Counted from the stretch's first letter, positions 51,772 to 61,987 are shown. The stretch: 64,000 bases of DNA from an uncultured virus (IMG/VR IMGVR_UViG_3300030102_006999) (IMGVR_UViG_3300030102_006999), one strand, 5' to 3'. Made by a program: numbers and translations. The notes: generated by a model not told the origin, from the sequence alone.

Positions 51772-54357
51772 ATGAAAAAATGGAATACTTTTTTACAAGA
51801 ACAAAAAAGTGAAATAATCACGGAGTTCAATAGAAAAGACGAAGAGTCTATTATGGCAGTCGAAGATCGATTTTCTGTTGCTTTTGAGATTGAACTCGAA
51901 ACAGAAGGTGACCCATCCAATAGCGGCGACTGGGAATATGACATGGAAGACGCCATGGACAGGGCGCGCCGAGAAAGTGCACTGAATTATATTCACGATA
52001 CTGACGAATGGTTTCGGCAAGGTGCACGAGATTATGATGTAGAATACTACATAGAAAATCTACCAGAGGATGGTACCGAGTTTTTCGAGTGGTATTATGA
52101 TAATATTAAGCCAATGACTTATGCTAACCTCGATATGATAAGATTAGCAATTGCTTTGGACACAGAATATTCAGATGATTATAGCGAAGCACGAGAAGAA
52201 ATAGATAAAGTTTGGATGGGAGTAATGGAAGATCCCATGAAACTTTTGAGAGCGATAAATCAAAATGGTGCTAGAAGAAACGAACTTCAGGATCTTTTAG
52301 GGTGGAGTGACCAACAAATGACCCTGCCTTTTGAAAAAGAAGGTGGAAAAGCTTTCCACCCCGGATATGAATCTATTGTTAAAGATCCTAAAATCATGAT
52401 GAAAATATTAGAATATTTCGTTGGAGATATCGGAAGCTTGCCGAATGAAAAAGAAATCTTTTCCAAAGCAAAGCATCCTAAAGCAATCATAGATATAGAA
52501 AGTCTTTTTCTATTATATGGCGCTGATTGGGATAAAATTATGGATATCTCAAACAATGTAGTAGAAGAACATATCACAGACTCATTAGGAGGTACATTCG
52601 AAGATACCTTCAATAATCTCCCGACTTTCACTAGGGCTGGCACATGGACAGAGCGCGTTTCCGACAAGATGTTTGCATATGTGGAATCTGCCCTTGATGA
52701 ATTAGTTGATTCACAAATTTTAGAGTTCGAAAATGATCCTGTGGAATATTTGGATCAAATGGGCATTGAAGATTATTTCGATGAATGGAGTTTCCGAGAT
52801 GACTATGAGATGGAATACGGCAGAGGGGGCGACTGCGATGTGGATTCTCTCGAAAGCCTTATGTATGACTATTTTCCAAGATTTATGAGGAAATATGACA
52901 GTACTCTAGACTTTACAGAAGATGGATCTTTAACATGTGGTATAGAATTTAAACAAGACAATCCTCCTTACATGACAGGATTAGAGGAAGCCATCGAATA
53001 TCTTACAGATTTTTTTGATGAATATGATGACCAAGAATATTTCCAGATGACGGAAGCCACCGGCCTTCACACTAACATTGGGTGGCTTGGAGAAGATGGC
53101 GAACCTGTCGATAATTATAATCTTTTCAAAGGTTTGATGTTCATTAATCACACTTACGCAACAAAGGGTGTTGGATTTCCTAGTAGAGAATATAGCCAGT
53201 GGTCAGGGGATTTAAAAGAGCCAGCCATTAGAAATATCAAAGCATTTATTATGAAACTTCAAGACGAATCCGAGCATGAACGTGTTTTAACAAAGAAAAG
53301 TTTTATGAAAAAATATCTTTCACGGAACTTTGATGAGCTTGGAGAAATATTATCAAACCGTGTATTGGACGCTGCTCGGCAACAGGGTTCAAAACGTATT
53401 GGTTTTAATGTAAATTATACTCCAAGTAGAAATTATATTGAGTATAGATACCCGGGTGAAGATGATCCAAATCTAGAAAATATGACAAAGGCGCTGAAGT
53501 ATTATGCTTTTGTAACAAGAGCGGCGGGCGAACCTGACTATAAAAAGAAAGAGTACATTAAAGATCTTATTGGATTTATTAATAACTTAGAAGGTGAAAA
53601 ACTTAGAGTCAGTGACTTAAAATTTCTTAAAGGGCAGGATAAGCTTAAAAAAGGAGATCTACTTCTAAAATCTGGATATAGTAATAGTTTATTCCGAGCA
53701 ATTGAAAAGGCATACGAACAATCATTGGAATCTACTCGTGATAATAAAGCAATGGGTGAGCTAGACATAGGAAGAGCATCTTATTCCTATTCTAACGACG
53801 GCATATGGACTTACGCTAGAGCAAAGGATATCCCGGCTTCATTCTTTTCTAGAATTATGAGAGATCAATATCCTGTATATTATCGAGGTCTCCAAGGAGG
53901 AAAAGTTGTCCTTGACACAATTAAAACTAGCGAAGTGTCCGAGGGTAGAAGAGTCGTAGTCAAAAGGGAATATGTAGATCCCAAAATATTTCAAGAAGAG
54001 ATGAGTTCAGGCTTGTACGAAAAGACTAAGCATTTTGGAGAGAAAGCTCTTGGTGCTTATACAGATCTTATTAGACTAATGGTTAAAAATAAAGATTCTT
54101 ATTTAGATTTAGCAAAAGCATTTCATAAAGTTGTAGAAGATATAACACCAGATAATGAGACAAATTCCTTAGAACTTTATAATATGGTGTGGAAAGAAAA
54201 AGAAAGTGAGAATACCAAAAGTACCAAAAAAATGAGAAAAGGTAGCGAAGAGGCCGAAAATGAAGCCGAAGCGGAGAAACTTACTGATTGGCTCATTAAT
54301 GACATATTGGGTGAATCTGTTCTTTATGGTAAGTTCGAGATAAATAAAACTACTTAA
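51772..54357 (+). CDS. putative amidoligase (COOH-NH2 ligase type 2) with large acidic insert
   Basis: AFEIELE, EDGSL..GIEF, TGLHTNIG, YIEYRYPG. Confidence 0.7.
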   Translation: MKKWNTFLQEQKSEIITEFNRKDEESIMAVEDRFSVAFEIELETEGDPSNSGDWEYDMEDAMDRARRESALNYIHDTDEWFRQGARDYDVEYYIENLPEDGTEFFEWYYDNIKPMTYANLDMIRLAIALDTEYSDDYSEAREEIDKVWMGVMEDPMKLLRAINQNGARRNELQDLLGWSDQQMTLPFEKEGGKAFHPGYESIVKDPKIMMKILEYFVGDIGSLPNEKEIFSKAKHPKAIIDIESLFLLYGADWDKIMDISNNVVEEHITDSLGGTFEDTFNNLPTFTRAGTWTERVSDKMFAYVESALDELVDSQILEFENDPVEYLDQMGIEDYFDEWSFRDDYEMEYGRGGDCDVDSLESLMYDYFPRFMRKYDSTLDFTEDGSLTCGIEFKQDNPPYMTGLEEAIEYLTDFFDEYDDQEYFQMTEATGLHTNIGWLGEDGEPVDNYNLFKGLMFINHTYATKGVGFPSREYSQWSGDLKEPAIRNIKAFIMKLQDESEHERVLTKKSFMKKYLSRNFDELGEILSNRVLDAARQQGSKRIGFNVNYTPSRNYIEYRYPGEDDPNLENMTKALKYYAFVTRAAGEPDYKKKEYIKDLIGFINNLEGEKLRVSDLKFLKGQDKLKKGDLLLKSGYSNSLFRAIEKAYEQSLESTRDNKAMGELDIGRASYSYSNDGIWTYARAKDIPASFFSRIMRDQYPVYYRGLQGGKVVLDTIKTSEVSEGRRVVVKREYVDPKIFQEEMSSGLYEKTKHFGEKALGAYTDLIRLMVKNKDSYLDLAKAFHKVVEDITPDNETNSLELYNMVWKEKESENTKSTKKMRKGSEEAENEAEAEKLTDWLINDILGESVLYGKFEINKTT

Positions 54358-54365
54358 GTGCAAGT

Positions 54366-54441
54366 GGGGGTGTAGCTCAACTGGGAGAGCGTCAGATTTG
54401 CATTCTGAAGGTCGCAGGTTCGATCCCTGTCACCTCCACCA
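54366..54441 (+). tRNA. tRNA-Ala(UGC), CCA encoded
   Basis: GGGGGTG/CACCTCC acceptor with G3:U70; TCAGA-TTTGCAT-TCTGA anticodon arm; GGTTCGATCCC T-arm; 76 nt. Confidence 0.97.
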
Positions 54442-54458
54442 CTTTTCAAAGGCCATTC

Positions 54459-55007
54459 ATGAGATTAGATCATATAGCTTACAGAGTTGCAGATAAAGAA
54501 AAAACAGCTCAATTTTTTATTGATTTTATGGGATACAAAAAGCCCGAAGATCTTCAAGAGGGATTTGATATTCAATTTGAAGATGGTACGTGGGCCAAAT
54601 GCTTGGTTTTGGAACCTAGCGAAAAAACTTCTAACAATAATTCGTGGACCATTGGTGCGCCTCATTCCGGTGTTGAGTATCATATGGCTCCAGAAATCTT
54701 TATTTCAAACGGGAGTCCGGGCTCTATAGTCGAACAGTGGGTCCAAAACAAAGGGGGCATAGGTGGTATTCATCACATTGCATATCAAGTTACTTCGGTC
54801 GAAGCTGTAGTTGAAGAATGGAGATCTAAGGGCTTTGCGGAATTCGCCTCTGAAGAGCCTCTGACCTGTCCGGGGCTTGTTCAAATATTTACTAAGCCCT
54901 TGGCTCACACCGGAGTTATTTACGAGTTTATAGAGCGAACTACGCAAGGTTTTTGTGCTAAGAATGTTAAAAACCTGATGAATAGTACAAAAGACAATAA
55001 ATTTTAA
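54459..55007 (+). CDS. VOC/glyoxalase family protein (HPPD-like)
   Basis: LDHIAYRV, GGIHHIAYQV, LVQIFTKP, YEFIER..GF. Confidence 0.8.
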   Translation: MRLDHIAYRVADKEKTAQFFIDFMGYKKPEDLQEGFDIQFEDGTWAKCLVLEPSEKTSNNNSWTIGAPHSGVEYHMAPEIFISNGSPGSIVEQWVQNKGGIGGIHHIAYQVTSVEAVVEEWRSKGFAEFASEEPLTCPGLVQIFTKPLAHTGVIYEFIERTTQGFCAKNVKNLMNSTKDNKF

Positions 55008-55144
55008 TCGTTGCATTGGCATTTTTCTAATGATTCCGTAATTTGTTGAACGCCTTGCTGCGCTAAATAGTGAACGTAGTAAAATAACCCGATGGCCATT
55101 GACAGTGAGATAATATAAACTAAAGATTTACTTTTGAAAACCAT
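55004..55144 (-). CDS. leaderless 46-aa membrane peptide, the only credible minus-strand gene (not in ORF track)
   Basis: MVFKSKSLVYIISLSMAIGLFYYVHYLAQQGVQQITESLEKCQCND*; ATG at the predicted +1 of a minus-strand promoter. Confidence 0.6.
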   Translation of the reverse strand: MVFKSKSLVYIISLSMAIGLFYYVHYLAQQGVQQITESLEKCQCND

Positions 55145-55150
55145 ATTATT

Positions 55151-55179
55151 AATATAACAGGTTAAATGCCTGTTGTCAA
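55151..55179 (-). promoter_or_regulatory. minus-strand sigma70 promoter with palindromic spacer
   Basis: TTGACA-17-TATATT on the minus strand; AACAGG-N7-CCTGTT at 55156-55174. Confidence 0.7.
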
Positions 55180-55239
55180 GAAAAAAAACATTTTTATAAT
55201 ATTTTATTGATAGTTATTATAGACGGAGGTGTTTATGAA

Positions 55240-55812
55240 ATGAAAACACAAAGAATATTAAGATTTTTAGCAATATTTGCTATTACATGGCTTGTTTTGA
55301 CGTGGCTGATGGGGTGTTCCGGGTGTCTTTCGAATATTGATCAGTCGATTGATAAAGATGGCTGTGAAAATTCTCTTGGTAATGTGGCATGCAACTTTGC
55401 TATGATGAACCAAGACGGCACAACAGAAAGATTATATGATCACTACGGAAAGATAATTATTTTAGATTTTAGTGCAATGTGGTGCGGCCCTTGCCAGCTA
55501 GCTGGGCTAGATGCTGATGGGCTTGTTGAGAAATATGGTGAAGAAAACGTTGTTTATATCACGGTCCTTATCGAAAATTCAAGTGGTCACGACCCTAGGT
55601 TAAGAGACTTACAAACTTGGTCTGAAGGTTTGGGTATTCATAATAATCCAGTTTTAGGTACTAACAGAGAATGGCTGCGTGATAGTGGGTATTTTTTAGA
55701 AGCATGGCCTACTTTTTATGTTATTACTCCGACTATGGTGGTCAAAGAGTATCAAAGAGGCTATAGGAAGCATGATTTGGAAGATGCTATTGAGAATTTA
55801 TTAAATGAATGA
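55240..55812 (+). CDS. TlpA/redoxin-family thiol-disulfide oxidoreductase, putative lipoprotein
   Basis: DFSAMWCGPC, cis-Pro WPT, signal LMGC. Confidence 0.85.
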   Translation: MKTQRILRFLAIFAITWLVLTWLMGCSGCLSNIDQSIDKDGCENSLGNVACNFAMMNQDGTTERLYDHYGKIIILDFSAMWCGPCQLAGLDADGLVEKYGEENVVYITVLIENSSGHDPRLRDLQTWSEGLGIHNNPVLGTNREWLRDSGYFLEAWPTFYVITPTMVVKEYQRGYRKHDLEDAIENLLNE

Positions 55813-55987
55813 TAAAAAGTTTAATGGCTGGTTTGTTTATTGGTCAGCACTTGTACTAATAAATTTCATAGTTTTTCTACTCTCGGTGATGAATAGTGAT
55901 TTTTTTTCTTGCACTATTAGTGGAATCATGTTAATATTTTGTATTATAGCTTTAAACGAAAACTACATTAAGTCCAACGAGGAATAA
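55805..55987 (+). CDS. 2-TM small membrane protein
   Basis: Two hydrophobic segments. Confidence 0.55.
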   Translation: MNDKKFNGWFVYWSALVLINFIVFLLSVMNSDFFSCTISGIMLIFCIIALNENYIKSNEE

Positions 55988-56328
55988 TGAAAGGGTCTTT
56001 AGTAAAATATAATTTGCCTTATTCTGGGGTTGATTATATTGGTGTTGTTATCGACTATATGGAAGGCTACAATCTTCGTAAAACTTGGTCTGAAAAGTGT
56101 GAGTTTATTGAAGACCCTTTAATAAAAATATTTTGGTTTGCATGCCCAAATCCCAAGCCGCCAAGCGCCACTAGGGAAATCGGAGCTAATTGGAATATCT
56201 CTCCGCAGTTAACTTTTGGTTTTGCACAGAATATGAATAATTATACAATAGATGAGTGGGGAAGATTGCTTGCAGAACCTGATTGGTATTCTATTGTTCA
56301 TTTTTCTATTATTAAGGAGGCCGAATAA
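55987..56328 (+). CDS. KOW/SH3-like hypothetical protein
   Basis: MKGSLVKY..IGVVI..IKIFW. Confidence 0.6.
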   Translation: MKGSLVKYNLPYSGVDYIGVVIDYMEGYNLRKTWSEKCEFIEDPLIKIFWFACPNPKPPSATREIGANWNISPQLTFGFAQNMNNYTIDEWGRLLAEPDWYSIVHFSIIKEAE

Positions 56329-56329
56329 T

Positions 56330-56578
56330 ATGGCATGGACAATGCCAGATACTCCACATTTTGATTCCGGAGATCTTGTAAAATATTGCAGAATTGAGTA
56401 TTTTGCAACAGATACCGATTCTATCGATTCCTATTCCGAAGAAAAAATAGGAATGTTTTTAGATTTTTGGGACATGGATTCTTTCGATGCTTGTCGCGTT
56501 TATATTTTTAGTGATCAAAAAACGATAACAGTGTCAGTTAGAGATCTTTCTTTATTGTCCAAAAACAAAAAGTCTTAG
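56330..56578 (+). CDS. KOW/SH3-like hypothetical protein
   Basis: FDSGDLVKY..IGMFL; AAGGAGG RBS. Confidence 0.65.
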   Translation: MAWTMPDTPHFDSGDLVKYCRIEYFATDTDSIDSYSEEKIGMFLDFWDMDSFDACRVYIFSDQKTITVSVRDLSLLSKNKKS

Positions 56579-56603
56579 CTATTTATATAAGAGTGGAGGA
56601 TAT

Positions 56604-56912
56604 ATGTCTTTGAGTGATGATAAGGCCGACAAAATATTAGAAATGGTAGAATCGTTGTTGGGGCCGGGCAGTGGATTTGATGATACAGATAATAAGGTAA
56701 GTCTACCGTATGAACTTTTAATATTTCCACAAGATATGGGAATGTATGGATGGTTCTTAGATCCAGTTTCCAAGAAAATGGTAAGATTACCAAATAATAG
56801 TGAAGTTGTTAGAATAACTGATCCAGATTCGAGTGAAAAAGTCATAATAAAATATCCAGATGGATATGCTCTTGTTCCTCAAAAATATGTAGTAGAAATA
56901 GGATTTAACTAA
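56604..56912 (+). CDS. hypothetical protein
   Basis: GCTATTTA at 56578; GGAGG RBS. Confidence 0.65.
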   Translation: MSLSDDKADKILEMVESLLGPGSGFDDTDNKVSLPYELLIFPQDMGMYGWFLDPVSKKMVRLPNNSEVVRITDPDSSEKVIIKYPDGYALVPQKYVVEIGFN

Positions 56913-56913
56913 A

Positions 56914-57282
56914 ATGAAAGATATAACAAAAAAAGAAATTCTAGATATTGTAAAAGAATCCAACAAAAAAGAACTAGAAGAGTACTCGCAAACTTACGCT
57001 GATGAATTGGGTTCGGCTCGGGCAGAAATCTTAAAAAGATACAGTAATTTTGTGGAGAGTGCACAAAAGTTTCTCCAACAAATGGTTGAAAAAGCAAGAA
57101 TGGATTACCAAGAAGGAGTGATTCAAGATGCTGATATAGACCATTTGATTAATAATCAATTGCAAGATAACATGCGCTATGCAGTTGATTATGCTATTTC
57201 TAGCCTCGATGCAATAACCAAAGGCGGCATCAAGGATCAAGAAAAAGGACCGTGGTACCCCACTGATGGATATGGAGAATAA
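56914..57282 (+). CDS. putative virion-internal protein
   Basis: MKDITKKEILDIVKES. Confidence 0.6.
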   Translation: MKDITKKEILDIVKESNKKELEEYSQTYADELGSARAEILKRYSNFVESAQKFLQQMVEKARMDYQEGVIQDADIDHLINNQLQDNMRYAVDYAISSLDAITKGGIKDQEKGPWYPTDGYGE

Positions 57283-57285
57283 ATT

Positions 57286-57747
57286 ATGTGGTTCTCTGGT
57301 TCTGGTGTTGAGACAGAAATAGAAGAAATAATGAATCACATCAAGAAACACAGTAGAAAAAACGGCTGTGTTTTTATCGGTTGTGACAGTCAAATAACAA
57401 GAGATAAGTGTACTTTTTCAACTGTAATATGTTTACATGGTGCTGATAGACAGAAAGGTGGATATTATTTTTTCAAAAGAGAAAAAACAGAAAGAAAATC
57501 GTATCCAACAATGATTGCGAGACTACTTAGAGAAGTCGAGTTATCCATACAAATGGGTTATGAAATTACAGAAAGATTTCCAGAAGCAAGCATAGAAATA
57601 CACATTGATGCAAATTCTAAGAAAGAGGCTTCAACAACTAGATTTGCGGATATGTTAATGGGGTATGCTAAAGGCGCTGGATTCAGATGTAAGGTCAAGC
57701 CTGAAGCGTGGGCCTCTAATTCAATAGCGGATAAACATTCTAAGTAA
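57286..57747 (+). CDS. RNase H-like YkuK/DUF458 family protein
   Basis: FIGCDSQ, RLLREVELS, IEIHID, KPEAWAS..AD. Confidence 0.85.
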   Translation: MWFSGSGVETEIEEIMNHIKKHSRKNGCVFIGCDSQITRDKCTFSTVICLHGADRQKGGYYFFKREKTERKSYPTMIARLLREVELSIQMGYEITERFPEASIEIHIDANSKKEASTTRFADMLMGYAKGAGFRCKVKPEAWASNSIADKHSK

Positions 57748-57751
57748 AATA

Positions 57752-57994
57752 ATGAGTCATAGAGATTTACCAGTCATAGGAGAAGGCCTCCTAGATATTT
57801 TTGGAAAAGGTGATTTAGTAAAATACTGCGCCGACGATATGGTTAAAATGAAAACTGGTATTATTTTGGATGTATATAATATTGCACTTTCCGAAAGAAA
57901 ATTTCCGCATGCAGACGTATACGTGATGGGTGAGCATAAGACTGAAACTGTTCTGCTTGGAAATTTAACTATGCTTTCTAAAGTTTCTGACTAA
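57752..57994 (+). CDS. KOW/SH3-like hypothetical protein
   Basis: FGKGDLVKY..TGIIL. Confidence 0.6.
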   Translation: MSHRDLPVIGEGLLDIFGKGDLVKYCADDMVKMKTGIILDVYNIALSERKFPHADVYVMGEHKTETVLLGNLTMLSKVSD

Positions 57995-58049
57995 TTATAA
58001 AACGATAAAATATATTTTTTACGTCATTTTACAATTGGAGAAACAAAAA

Positions 58050-60077
58050 ATGAGTAAGTTTGATTTTAAGTCTTTCATTAAAGACGCATATTTAGAAAAA
58101 CTAGGAAACCAGAAAGTACATATTCTTAAAGAATCTTATCAGCGCAATCTTTTAAATAAAGCCTCTAAAGATTATGTACTAGATGAAGGCTTATTGTTCG
58201 AACAAGTCATGTTATCTGAAGATATCTTAGAAGAAGGCCTTTGGTCAAAAATTAAACATTTTGGCGCCAAAGTTGTTGGATCTGCCGAAAAGGGCGGAAA
58301 ACTATTCGGGCGAAAAGAACAGGAAAGAAAAGCCATAGCTCAATATGAAAAAATGCTTGAAAAAACCGTCGATGGTTTGCTAAAAAAGTTTATGGATACT
58401 ATAGAAAAGGAATATCCGGGTTTTCCCAATATGGAAAGCGAGGAAGAATTTAACACGGCTGTAGGTGAAATTTACACGTTCTACGATGCAATCTCTCAAG
58501 CTGCTTTATCTCCTGAAGATATGAAAAATAATGAGAAGGCTATCAAAGCTGCTCTTGATGTAGGAAAGATGGACCCAGCTACAGCGAATGCTATTATTAG
58601 AGATATGAGAGTGATGATGTCAAAAGTCTTAGATTATGACTTGGCAGATGTATATAAACACTTTGATGAGTCCTTAGAGCAAGATGGTGAGCAGCTAGAA
58701 GAAATTTTTGGAAAAAGAGGATGGGAGAAAGAAGCCGAAAAGCAAGAGAAAGAAGCCGCAGCTGCAGCCGGGGAAGAAGAGGAAGAAGCCGATGAAGACG
58801 AAAATGTATTGTCTGGTGACGAGGGCGGCGACTCTGCTTCTATGAAAAGTATGAAATCAAATGTACTACCATTAGCCCTAGGTCTTGTGGGCGCCTCTGG
58901 CGTGCTTGGTGCTCTCCTTATGAAAGCCGGATGGTTTACTGCAGCAGTACCAAAACCGGGAACTCCTCCAGCTGCAGTTAAGACTGCAGCCGCAAAAATT
59001 GTTAATACTCTATCTCCTGATCCGGGTGAAGGCGTTACACAAATGCTCGGTAGAATTATTAACGGCGATCCTGCAAGTTTATCCCCCACCGCAACTTGGG
59101 GAGATCTTACAAAGGCTATGAATGCAGCAGGAATCAAAGATGCCACCAACCCCACAGAACTTGTCGACCTAGCAATGGATCCCAAAGGATTCCTACCAGA
59201 TTGGACTGCTTCTATAAAAAGTGCTGTGGGCGGTGCAGGTCCGTTGGATCCAAATACTCCTCTTGGAGATATATTTCCGGGTAATGGATTAGGACCGAAG
59301 GGTGCACTTGGGCTAAAGCTAGGTCAAAAAGTAGTTATTCCTATTATTACGGCAGCTTCAAAATCAGCTGTTGGAGGCGGCGCGGGAGCGGCGGCGGGGG
59401 CTGCCGTCACTAAGGGCGCTGCTGCCACAGGGCTTGGATGGCTTGGTCTCGCTGCTGGTAGTGTTGCGGCCGCAATTAAACTTTTAAGAATTAAGGGTCA
59501 AAAATCCTCAAGACTAGAAAAACTACAAAAGTTAAGAAATGCTATGAAAGATATTCAAGGCGTGCCAGAGATTGTTGATAATAAGCCTGAAGAAAAGGGT
59601 GATCCTCCGAATGATAATCCGGGCGATGACGATGAATTTGAAAGACAAGACACAGAAGAAATCCCAAGAGACGACGATGGTGGAGGCGAAGAAGATGACG
59701 GAGACGAAGATTTTTTCAACATTGTTTTAACAAAAGACGGAACAATAAAGATCACTGCTTTGAATAAAAAATCTCTAAGAGAAGAGATTCAAATGAGGCT
59801 TTTGGAAAAGAAAAATAAAATGAAAGCAAAGGATTTAAGATATAAAAAAGGTGGTAAAGATTTTAAAAAGGGTAAGAAAAGATACTCTATACAGCTAAAA
59901 AAACCAATGGTCAAAAAATTAAAGAAGATGGATTCAAGCAAGAGAAGAAAGCTTATTCTTAAATATATTGAAAGATTAGCTGATAAAGGTAAACTTGGAA
60001 AATTCAAAGCCAAACACATTATGCAGGCCTTGAATGGTAAAAAAGGCAAGTCATTTAGATTTAAAGATAAAATGTAA
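58050..60077 (+). CDS. large putative virion/ejection protein with Gly/Ala-rich hydrophobic segments
   Basis: ACTAATTA at 57990; LxE-rich N-terminus; two hydrophobic G/A-rich stretches; acidic then basic C-terminus. Confidence 0.55.
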   Translation: MSKFDFKSFIKDAYLEKLGNQKVHILKESYQRNLLNKASKDYVLDEGLLFEQVMLSEDILEEGLWSKIKHFGAKVVGSAEKGGKLFGRKEQERKAIAQYEKMLEKTVDGLLKKFMDTIEKEYPGFPNMESEEEFNTAVGEIYTFYDAISQAALSPEDMKNNEKAIKAALDVGKMDPATANAIIRDMRVMMSKVLDYDLADVYKHFDESLEQDGEQLEEIFGKRGWEKEAEKQEKEAAAAAGEEEEEADEDENVLSGDEGGDSASMKSMKSNVLPLALGLVGASGVLGALLMKAGWFTAAVPKPGTPPAAVKTAAAKIVNTLSPDPGEGVTQMLGRIINGDPASLSPTATWGDLTKAMNAAGIKDATNPTELVDLAMDPKGFLPDWTASIKSAVGGAGPLDPNTPLGDIFPGNGLGPKGALGLKLGQKVVIPIITAASKSAVGGGAGAAAGAAVTKGAAATGLGWLGLAAGSVAAAIKLLRIKGQKSSRLEKLQKLRNAMKDIQGVPEIVDNKPEEKGDPPNDNPGDDDEFERQDTEEIPRDDDGGGEEDDGDEDFFNIVLTKDGTIKITALNKKSLREEIQMRLLEKKNKMKAKDLRYKKGGKDFKKGKKRYSIQLKKPMVKKLKKMDSSKRRKLILKYIERLADKGKLGKFKAKHIMQALNGKKGKSFRFKDKM

Positions 60078-60078
60078 T

Positions 60079-60561
60079 ATGAAAATAACGAATAACTCAA
60101 ATCGTGATATAAAAGAGATTTCTGAAATGATGGAATCTTTCTACCCTTTTGCAAAAAAGCGTTTAGATTTTGACCAAGAACCTACAGCTGTTTTTGAGTC
60201 AGATCCCCAAAATGCAGAAAATGCATTAGGCAAAACAGCGCATTATGAGCCGGCCTCGATGACTATCACTGTATATGTTGATGGCCGACATCCAAAAGAT
60301 ATTATGAGATCCTTCTCTCACGAGTTAGTTCATCATGCACAAAACTGTGCTGGTGAATTCGATAACATGGGAGAGGTTGGCGAAGGTTATGCTCAAGCAG
60401 ATGAGCACCTTAGAAATATGGAAAAAGACGCATACCTAAGAGGAAATATGTGCTTTAGAGACTGGGAAGACAATTATAAAAACAATAACTGGTCTTTTCA
60501 TAAATCTTTAAATGAAAGAAAAGAAAGGCTTTTTTATAAATTAACAAAAAAGCTATGGTAA
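60079..60561 (+). CDS. zincin metallopeptidase-like protein
   Basis: RSFSHELVHH, MEKDAY. Confidence 0.7.
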   Translation: MKITNNSNRDIKEISEMMESFYPFAKKRLDFDQEPTAVFESDPQNAENALGKTAHYEPASMTITVYVDGRHPKDIMRSFSHELVHHAQNCAGEFDNMGEVGEGYAQADEHLRNMEKDAYLRGNMCFRDWEDNYKNNNWSFHKSLNERKERLFYKLTKKLW

Positions 60562-60579
60562 TATAAAAGGAGACTAGTC

Positions 60580-61713
60580 ATGCCCATTTCTACTGATTTA
60601 GTATCTCATTATAAGTGTGCAAATGAGTTTGACGATATACGAGGTACTCCTGCAGGCGATGCTACTCTTCACAATGCCTTAGTCGTTTCTCAAGTAGGCG
60701 ATACTAAATGTGGCTCATATTTAGATTTCGCAAACGGTTTGGGAATAGGAAACACTTTTGAAATACCAGTCATTTCATACAGTCCTACCACACAAACTCT
60801 ATTTACTTTTGCTGCTTGGGTAAAAGACCCATACACAGGGGCTAATCCAACGTTTTTTTTAAATGGTTCGGGTCACTCTCCCTTGGCTTTGAATGCCTCT
60901 GGTGATGTCGCCTTTTTACAAGATTGCTTTGGTACTAAAACTCGTCTTGCAAATTTTAATTTAAGAAATTTAACCAATGACGGTCAGTGGCACAGACTTG
61001 TTGTTACCATTTTTAGTGACCCGGGTGGAAGTATCCATGAGGCGCGCTATTATGTTGATGGCTCTGAAGTTGGAAATGCAAACCTTTTAACGGGACCATG
61101 CGTCCCGTTAAGTCAAGGATTAAAATGGATAAACGGAGGTGATCCTTCCTCTTTTAATAATTCTCCATTTGGACAGGTAACTGATATTGCAGTTTGGCAA
61201 AGAATATTAAGTGCTGGTGAGATCTCTGATATTTCAACCGCCTGTATTGAAGATCTTTTACCTTCTGCTAATGTAGGGAATATATCAGGCACAGTGGGAA
61301 CACCGGCAACATTTGATGGCTCTCCAAGCGTGTCGGCCGCTTTTTATAAATGGACATTTCAATCAGTTCCGGTTGGAAGCTCTATTACTACTGGCTCTAC
61401 TGTTAACACTACCCCGATAAGTTCTTTTACTTTCACTCCAGATATCGAAGGTTTGTATGAAATTGAATTAGAAGTAGATACAGGCGTTTCCAAACTTGCA
61501 GACGCTACTATTTCTTTACCACCACCACCGCCGCCACCGCCAACTCCGGCAACTCCACCAGAAAAATTAGTATCATCTGACTACAGTTTAAAATATTCTT
61601 CTGGCGCCACCCGGCAGCGCGCGAAAAACGTAGGCCAAGTTCCTTTTTCAGTCGCCACTAAGTCACCATTATCTATCAGAAAAAGCTCTGATTCAGATTT
61701 TGAAGATTCTTAA
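60580..61713 (+). CDS. LamG/concanavalin-like plus PKD/Ig-like protein (putative virion surface)
   Basis: FTFAAWV, DGQWHRLVVT, YVDG, DIAVWQRILS; WTFQSVP..FTPDIEGLYEIEL; poly-Pro linker. Confidence 0.75.
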   Translation: MPISTDLVSHYKCANEFDDIRGTPAGDATLHNALVVSQVGDTKCGSYLDFANGLGIGNTFEIPVISYSPTTQTLFTFAAWVKDPYTGANPTFFLNGSGHSPLALNASGDVAFLQDCFGTKTRLANFNLRNLTNDGQWHRLVVTIFSDPGGSIHEARYYVDGSEVGNANLLTGPCVPLSQGLKWINGGDPSSFNNSPFGQVTDIAVWQRILSAGEISDISTACIEDLLPSANVGNISGTVGTPATFDGSPSVSAAFYKWTFQSVPVGSSITTGSTVNTTPISSFTFTPDIEGLYEIELEVDTGVSKLADATISLPPPPPPPPTPATPPEKLVSSDYSLKYSSGATRQRAKNVGQVPFSVATKSPLSIRKSSDSDFEDS

Positions 61714-61753
61714 TAAAAAATAAACTATTTATTACATATAAGGAGATTTTACC

Positions 61754-61984
61754 ATGAATCCTAGAAAGAGAAAATTAATTAAACGACACCTAGCTGGTTT
61801 AAAAGCAAAAAAAGAAGCTGAAGCGGCTGCAAAAGTTAAAGCAGCAGCAGAAGCTAAAGCTGCAGCTGAAGCAAAAGCTAAGGCAGAGGCGAAGGCTGCA
61901 GCTGAAGCAAAAGCTGAAGCAAAAGCCGAAGCAAAAGCCGAATCAAAATCTAAAAAAAGAAAATCGTCTAAAAAGGAAGAATAA
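61754..61984 (+). CDS. Ala/Glu/Lys-repeat low-complexity basic protein
   Basis: (AEAK)n repeats; ACTATTTA at 61724; AAGGAG RBS. Confidence 0.65.
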   Translation: MNPRKRKLIKRHLAGLKAKKEAEAAAKVKAAAEAKAAAEAKAKAEAKAAAEAKAEAKAEAKAESKSKKRKSSKKEE

Positions 61985-61987
61985 GTT

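Noticed and set aside
61754..61984. TolA
   Set aside because: Only the AEAK low-complexity repeat is shared; 76 aa with no TM anchor or TolA C-terminal domain.
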